A stretch of DNA of 63,967 nucleotides, filler included. It is 13 parts of 13 records of this genome, joined end to end, with 100 filler letters (N's around TTAATTAATTAA, not from the genome) between each part and the next. Parts side by side here need not be neighbours in the genome. Positions count along the whole stretch, not along the records: positions 55,819 to 60,783 come from SRR15195285_7483; positions 60,884 to 63,967 come from SRR15195285_7781; 11 more parts are not named here. One strand, 5' to 3'. This document shows, piece after piece, positions 58,221-63,967 of this stretch; positions within the stretch are counted from its first letter, which is position 1; each line of letters begins with the position of its first letter. A program made the position numbers and the translations under genes. The notes under the pieces are model-generated. The model did no database searches. It was not told the DNA's origin and worked only from the letters and a program-made list of their open reading frames with translations.

Positions 58221-60636
58221 TCATTGCTCACTCGAGCTCAACTGAATCTCGGCCGTGCACAGTCGCTCATACTCTGCCACGAGCCGGCATACCTCAACGA
58301 TTGGGACCGCGTCCGCGTTCTCGTATAGCAAAAAGGATAGGTCGGGAGCAGATGGTTGCTGAGTCGCAGGCAGCCAGCGGTGGGCGGTCCCCACCACTGC
58401 AGGTGTCCCTCCGCGGACCAAAGTTTGCCAACGAGCCACCTCTGCGAGTTTCAAAGCCTTGATAGACGACAATATCGTCTCGACGTCCTTGAGCGGTAGC
58501 TGCTGTGGATCGATGCTCTGCGCTGGATTGTAGAGTTGCAATGCTCGCTGGACGGTCAGAGGGAGCCCGCCCCAACGTGCCCGACCCTCCAGCTCTTCGA
58601 TGTGTTGATCAGACGCTATTCGGTCAACCTCTCGAGCATCCTCACGCTTCTTGATCTCCGCCTCACAGGAAGCGACCATCCCGCGATAGTTGGCTTCCGA
58701 CTGCTGAGTGGTCGCAACGGTAGCGCGTAGTTGGGCACAGAGCTGCACCGCTGCCTCAAGCTGCCCAGCCATGGACGCCCCCCCCTCCGGCTGGACCAGA
58801 TCCTGCGCTGCCCACACCAATAGTTTCACCTGCAGCTTGACCCGCAGTTGGTAGCAGCGGTTTGTCCGGCGACAAATTTGGCCATGCTTCCATTGAGGAA
58901 GCAGAAATCGTACTCTCCAGGGCTATCGGAGGCACGTTATCGTCACTCGCAGAGGCCGGTCCAACAGGCTCATCACCGTCTGCAATGGTACTGGTGGGCT
59001 CACCATTACCAAAGAAGTCCTCGAGCTCAAGCTTCTTCAGAAACGCATCTGCACCAGCAGCATCATCGGTGCTGGCTGCCACACTGGACGGCGGGACCAG
59101 GTGCTCTGGCATCGATTCATGGTCGGTACTACGGTTGTTGTGACGGCTAAAGTTCAGATGCCAAGTCACAATCCAGCTTGCGTCATCCCGTTTAACCGAA
59201 CCACTAGATCCGATGCCACCAAGCACCAGTATGTCTAGATTCTCATTCTCAGCCGTCTTCCCTCCCATGGTGTGCACTACAGCCCTGTGGAACGAGCGAC
59301 CGGTCGGACAGCTGAGCTCAGCCGGGGGGCCCTTGTCTGTTGCAGCACCACCGCCACCACGTGACGCTGAAGAGTGGTGTGTCACATCTGCATTTGTGAT
59401 GAGTGTGTCGCGCCATCGCAGCCGCAGCCGCGCGCCGACGGAGTTAGCCGGTGTGGGAGATGGGAGGAGCAGCAGGTGCTCGTGATCTGTCGATCTGTCG
59501 CCGCTGACACTTCTATCGAGCGTTGCACTCACCACCACCGAACGGGGCAGCAGCAGTTCAGCGTGCCAGCTGTCGGCGTGAAACGTGTCCTTCGACGACA
59601 AGGGTAGATAACCCCGTGCCGTGGCACTCTGTCCGCCCATAACAAGCAACGACCCCACGGTGACCAGGCCATCATTTGGGCCACATCCTACTCGTTTCTC
59701 GGTATCCACATCGTCCTCTTGGCACTGCTGCGCGATGGCGAGTGCGACGTGACCAGTACGAGGCAGCGGTGGGGGGATCCCTTGCTCAGTCTGGACCTGC
59801 ACCCAGAGATGATGGTCCACGTCAAAAGCCCAGAGGTCATTGAAGTGCGAGGAACTGCTTGCCCCTGCCGCACCCCCGAAGATAAGCATCAACCGCCCCA
59901 TCATGCTTGCACTATGGCCACCTCGGCCTGGAAAAGCCGCGCCACTGGGCTCCGCCTTCAACCAGAGCAGAGTGTCGAGGTGAAAGATCCAGATATCGCT
60001 AAACGCCTCGCCAGATGGCAGGTGCTGCCCTACTCCGCCGCAGACGAAAATCCGACTCTGGTCGACCAGCACTGCAGAGTGGGACTGCCGTGGCTCCGGA
60101 TAACCGGGTTCTTGCATCGCCTCCTGCCGCGACCATGTGCACGGGGCCTGGGTGTGCAGCGAGGTGCAAGACAGCATCGACCGCGGTGCCTCTCCAACGC
60201 CGCCGAGCACGACGACCTGGCCCTCCGCCTCGCTGCCTGCCATCGCATCGCTCGCACCCGACGGCACGAACGTAGCGGTGTGGAAGCATAGCCCCGTCCG
60301 TGCTGGGTAGTCAGGTGCGCGGTGCCAGGCCATCGTTCTCGTCTCCAGCAGGTGGACGTCGCGCAGCGGGCCTCGGTCACTATGCGAACAAACGCCGCCG
60401 ACGACGAGCACGCGCCCCCCTGGAATCGTAGTGGCGGTGTGGCCGTGCCGACTCGCGGCGGCCTCATCACCTGAATAACCTGGCGCTGCGGCAGCGGCCG
60501 CCGGCGCCCAGCGCAGGTGCGTCACAGCTGGAGCGTTGGAGTCGATGGCGGCCGCTGAAGAAGCGGAAGAACAGGAGGAGGAGGCAGTGGTCGTGCCAGA
60601 GTCACCCTCGGTGCGTCCGAAGCCGAGGCTCCTCAT
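58221..60636 (-). CDS. Kelch-repeat beta-propeller + C-terminal coiled coil; one frameshift at the G8 run (58778-58785)
   Basis: SRHGHTAT..VLVVGG, PRQSHSAV..IFVCGG, GRGGHSAS..LIFGG..FNDLW, PRTGHVA; second ORF 58221-58829 is coiled-coil. Confidence 0.8.
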
Positions 60637-60883
60637 CGATCCCGTGAAGGCAGGGGACGGGGGCGCGCGCGCCGCACGCAGCAGAAGGCGGTTCTGCTCC
60701 GCGAGTCCGTCGCGCCGCCGGGGCGCGCGGGCCCGCGCTACGTATACATGTATCTCGACGCACCCGAAAGGACTTGACGACTTNNNNNNNNNNNNNNNNN
60801 NNNNNNNNNNNNNNNNNNNNNNNNNNNTTAATTAATTAANNNNNNNNNNNNNNNNNNNNNNNNNNNNNNNNNNNNNNNNNNNN

Positions 60884-60925
60884 GCAGCAGCAGCAGCAGC
60901 AGCAGCAGCACGGAGCAGCAGCACG
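60884..60925. repeat. (GCA)n trinucleotide repeat at contig start
   Basis: Read directly. Confidence 0.9.
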
Positions 60926-61315
60926 GAGCCGATTCTCGGGAGCAGCAAAAGTCCCGAACGGAGTGTTCAACTGCTGGCCCCCATTTTCGATTTTGGCCTT
61001 CGAGCTTCGTGCTTCGATCCGCCGTGACCAAAAGAATCGCGTGGTGAATCGTGTGTGGAGGACGCAAATCTCTGGATTTTAGAATTCATTTGCGATCGGG
61101 TTCTGCGAGTCGTGACGCTGAGACTCGCGTGGTGAGCCATGGGGGCTGGCGTGCTCACGCGCTCAGCCGCGGGAGCATGTTGGAAGCGACACGAATGACA
61201 GTCGAGCCAGCTGCGCGAGCTACGGATGGTGACGGCGACATCTATAGGCACTCACATTGCTAGGCAGAGTACGTTTCACTTGCTTGCTGCCTTTTCTGGC
61301 GGCAGGCCCAACAAT

Positions 61316-61425
61316 CACAGCACACACAGCACATCACAGCACACAGCACGGAGCACAGCACACAGCACGGCACACAGCATAGAACATAGCACAGCACACC
61401 ACAGCACAGCACACAGCACACAGAG
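61316..61425. repeat. Degenerate (CACAG)n pentanucleotide repeat
   Basis: About 20 imperfect CACAG/CACGG/CATAG units. Confidence 0.9.
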
Positions 61426-61747
61426 CAGGTAGGCAGGTAGACAGACGCACCAAGCAACGGGTTGTATGAGGGGCAATTTGAATCTGGGGAGGGGCAATTT
61501 GACTTCTTGGGGTGATTTCATTGTGTTGAGTCAGAACCCCCCTTTTCCCTACTACTGCCCAGGTCGCATGCACCAACGGCGTGGCTGCACCTCGCAGTCT
61601 GCAGCTCGCTGGCGATGGGGCTGGACGTGCAGTTATGGCGCTCTTGCGGGTGTGGAGGGCCTGCGCAGGCCATGCGGACTGGGCGGCGATGGCTGAGATA
61701 GCGCCCAGCACGAGTTTGTACAAATTCAGCTGCGGCCTGCGCGCAAA

Positions 61748-63806
61748 TCATCCGAGCTGCCCGCTAACGTTGCGCGAGTCGAGTGGGCCACCACCACTGC
61801 AACACTTCTGCACGTCGCATGTGTGCAGGATCGTCGCATTCGCGGATCTGGGGAACTCCGCAGCCCCAGTCTCGCCAGGTTGTCCAAAGCAGTCGTCGCC
61901 AGCTATTGGATTGTAGTGGGCAAGGGTGCTGTTCACCTTACCCTCGGTCGCGCAGTCCACACTCTTACAGCTTCGCTGGCAGCAACTCCTCACGTCGCAC
62001 GTATCCCAATCGGCATCACTGTCGCAGGCATAAAGTTGCATTCCTGCTCCCCACAGAATTCGATCAGGTCAGCATGCAGTTGCAAACTGTCCTGAAAAAG
62101 TGAGCTGCTTTCAAAACACCAGCTGTTCGCATACCAGGAAAGTAGATGATTGCAGCATAATCCAACTCTGCGTTGCGCTCAAGATATGGCCAGCATGTGA
62201 CTTTGTAGCAGCTTCGGTGAAAGACTCCGCTTGCACTCGGAGTGAACGTTCCGTTCTCCGTCGCGTTAGAATCCAAACCCGCCGAGTCAACCTGCTCTAT
62301 GGCTTGATCTTGATCAGTGTGTGGGAAAAAAATCACTTCAAGCGAGTCTACTACGGCAGCGACAACTGCTGTAAGCATTACCACCAGGGCCAGCCGCCAA
62401 AGTGTCGCTGCCCGCCTCGCCAGCGAGCCGACAACAGTTTCTGCGGGCGAGACGACCACGGCTTGAACGAGGTGCCAAGATGACACCGCATTACCACTCG
62501 CCACCGCGTATTCGGAGCTGTCAAGAAGAACGCCAACACGCGAGACACCTGCTGTCGCCGGAACCAGCACAGCTGTTCCGTCGTGCCGTCCTGACGGCAC
62601 CAGCAGCTGACCAGCCTGCGGAGCTGGGCAGTCACACGAACCTGCCTGGTTCGACACCTTAACTGGCACGACTCCTTGGTACGCCACCGTCTCGTAGCGG
62701 TGCCGCTCATGCGCAGGCGGCGCCGATCCTTCAACAACAGCCTTTCGCGACACGATCCCAAGCATGCTGCAATGTCGAGTGTTCCGAGAAATTCTCCCAC
62801 GGTGGAAACCCACCACATCTCCTTCACTGAGCGACAACTCCCCGTCGACCATGCGGTGCCACTCTGCAAAGTCACCCTGCGTGCTCACGAGCTTAACGCC
62901 GCCTTGGTCCGCTCTCACGACTGCACCCAGCTCAATGCTGTTCGGGCTGTCATGGGTCGGCTCTGTTCCAAACGAAATGAACTGCTGCCCTGCGTCAGCC
63001 CGAAGCAGCAGGGAGGGGGGTGCCACTTGGGAGCTCGATCGTGTGCGCGAATGCACGCTGAGCCCGCTCGTCGAGGCGAGAACTCCGGGCACTGCGTCGT
63101 CCTCAGGGACACTCGGGTACAACACAAACAGTCCGGCCCCGCGAACCTCTTCAATCGGTGCGTCTGCACCCTTGCGTCGAATCACCGCGTATTGCGCGAA
63201 CTTGAGCTTCTCACTGTCGCTGTTCTTCTCACGGTCGAAGCGAACGACACGACCGTAGCGCTTGCGCAGGCCCTGTTGCGGAGAGACCCAAATATCAGTC
63301 GCGCCCTTGCGTCCTCCGCTCGTGATCCACTTGTCGAAGCCCTTCTTGCGCTGGACCAGCGGCTGCTCCACAAAGATCTGGCGCGATAGGACGCTGTCGT
63401 CGTCCAACTGCGACGGTCGTGGATTGACGGCGTCCGCATCGTCGAACATCTCAAGGTACATCTGCGCCTCGATCATCCGCGCTTTATCAGCGCGCTGGTG
63501 TCGCTGATACCGGCCCCTAGCTTGCTTGCTGGACCGCTCGGGTTCGAGGTTCGATGGAGCAAGCGCAGCGCCATCGGTGCACACGTTCGGGACTGACTCG
63601 GCGCCGGCTGGCAGAGATCTCTGGCCGCGCACTGGCATAGCAGACGGCACCAGCGGGAGGTCCAGACGTTTATCAGCCAGCATGGCGGGCTCGAGTTCGA
63701 CTTGAGTTCCCTGTGCCACCTCTGCCACCCTTGAGTTCGTGATAGAAAGCGACGCGCCAGGCGGCGGCGGCCACTCTTCATGGGCATGCTCGTCCGAAAA
63801 CATCAC
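61748..63806 (-). CDS. Single-pass protein: basic N-terminal domain, Peptidase_G2/IMC-like autoprocessing domain, TM helix, Cys-rich C-terminus; intron 62044-62134
   Basis: QGDFAEWH..LSEGDVVGF..LGIVS..VAYQGVVPVKV..AGQLLVPSG; TM LALVVMLTAVVAAVV; GTATGC..GAGCAG intron joins the CDVRSCC/CDVQKCC exon. Confidence 0.7.
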
Positions 63807-63967
63807 GGGGCCGTCGTCGCTCGCATCGTCGCTGCGACTCCACCGGGGTGTTCAACTCCAGCTGGCCCCATTTTCGTTCGTCGCCGGTGGCCTTCGATCA
63901 TGCAGCGACTATCTACTAAATAGTACCAGAGGATAGGTCAGAGTGGTGAACTCCCAGCCTGAATTCA

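Noticed and set aside
58778-58785. Programmed frameshift in the Kelch gene
   Set aside because: It falls in a G8 homopolymer, so a single-base indel error is more parsimonious
61260-61723. Cys/Val/Leu-rich or Ser/Thr/His-rich small ORFs
   Set aside because: Translations of the (CACAG)n microsatellite

Overview
This is eukaryotic, GC-rich, intron-containing DNA, not a prokaryotic locus. It consists of 13 short contigs joined by 12 artificial 100-nt spacers (44 N + TTAATTAATTAA + 44 N), so neighbourhood across spacers means nothing. Gene content suggests a heterotrophic marine protist (inference; possibly Picozoa-like). Recognisable genes are RtcB, an 8-exon glycerol kinase, GH89, two GH27s, GH54, an LCM-type methyltransferase, Mpv17/PMP22, a tandem RUS1/DUF647 protein, an F-box/SPRY protein, a Kelch protein and Cys-rich multi-TM receptors. 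Most contigs hold one tail-to-tail gene pair. The strongest leads are: (1) a ~730-nt intergenic segment (18045-18790) densely packed with complementary helices and a possible pseudoknot, a candidate large undescribed ncRNA; (2) a putative self-cleaving membrane-tethered factor with a phage-type G-D-F-A-E autoprocessing motif; (3) an ankyrin/coiled-coil/poly(A) polymerase fusion; (4) a BAR + beta-adaptin-ear protein with YGG[VI] repeats; (5) an in-frame TGA at a Cys-like position in GH89. All domain calls come from motif recognition by eye; no searches were run.
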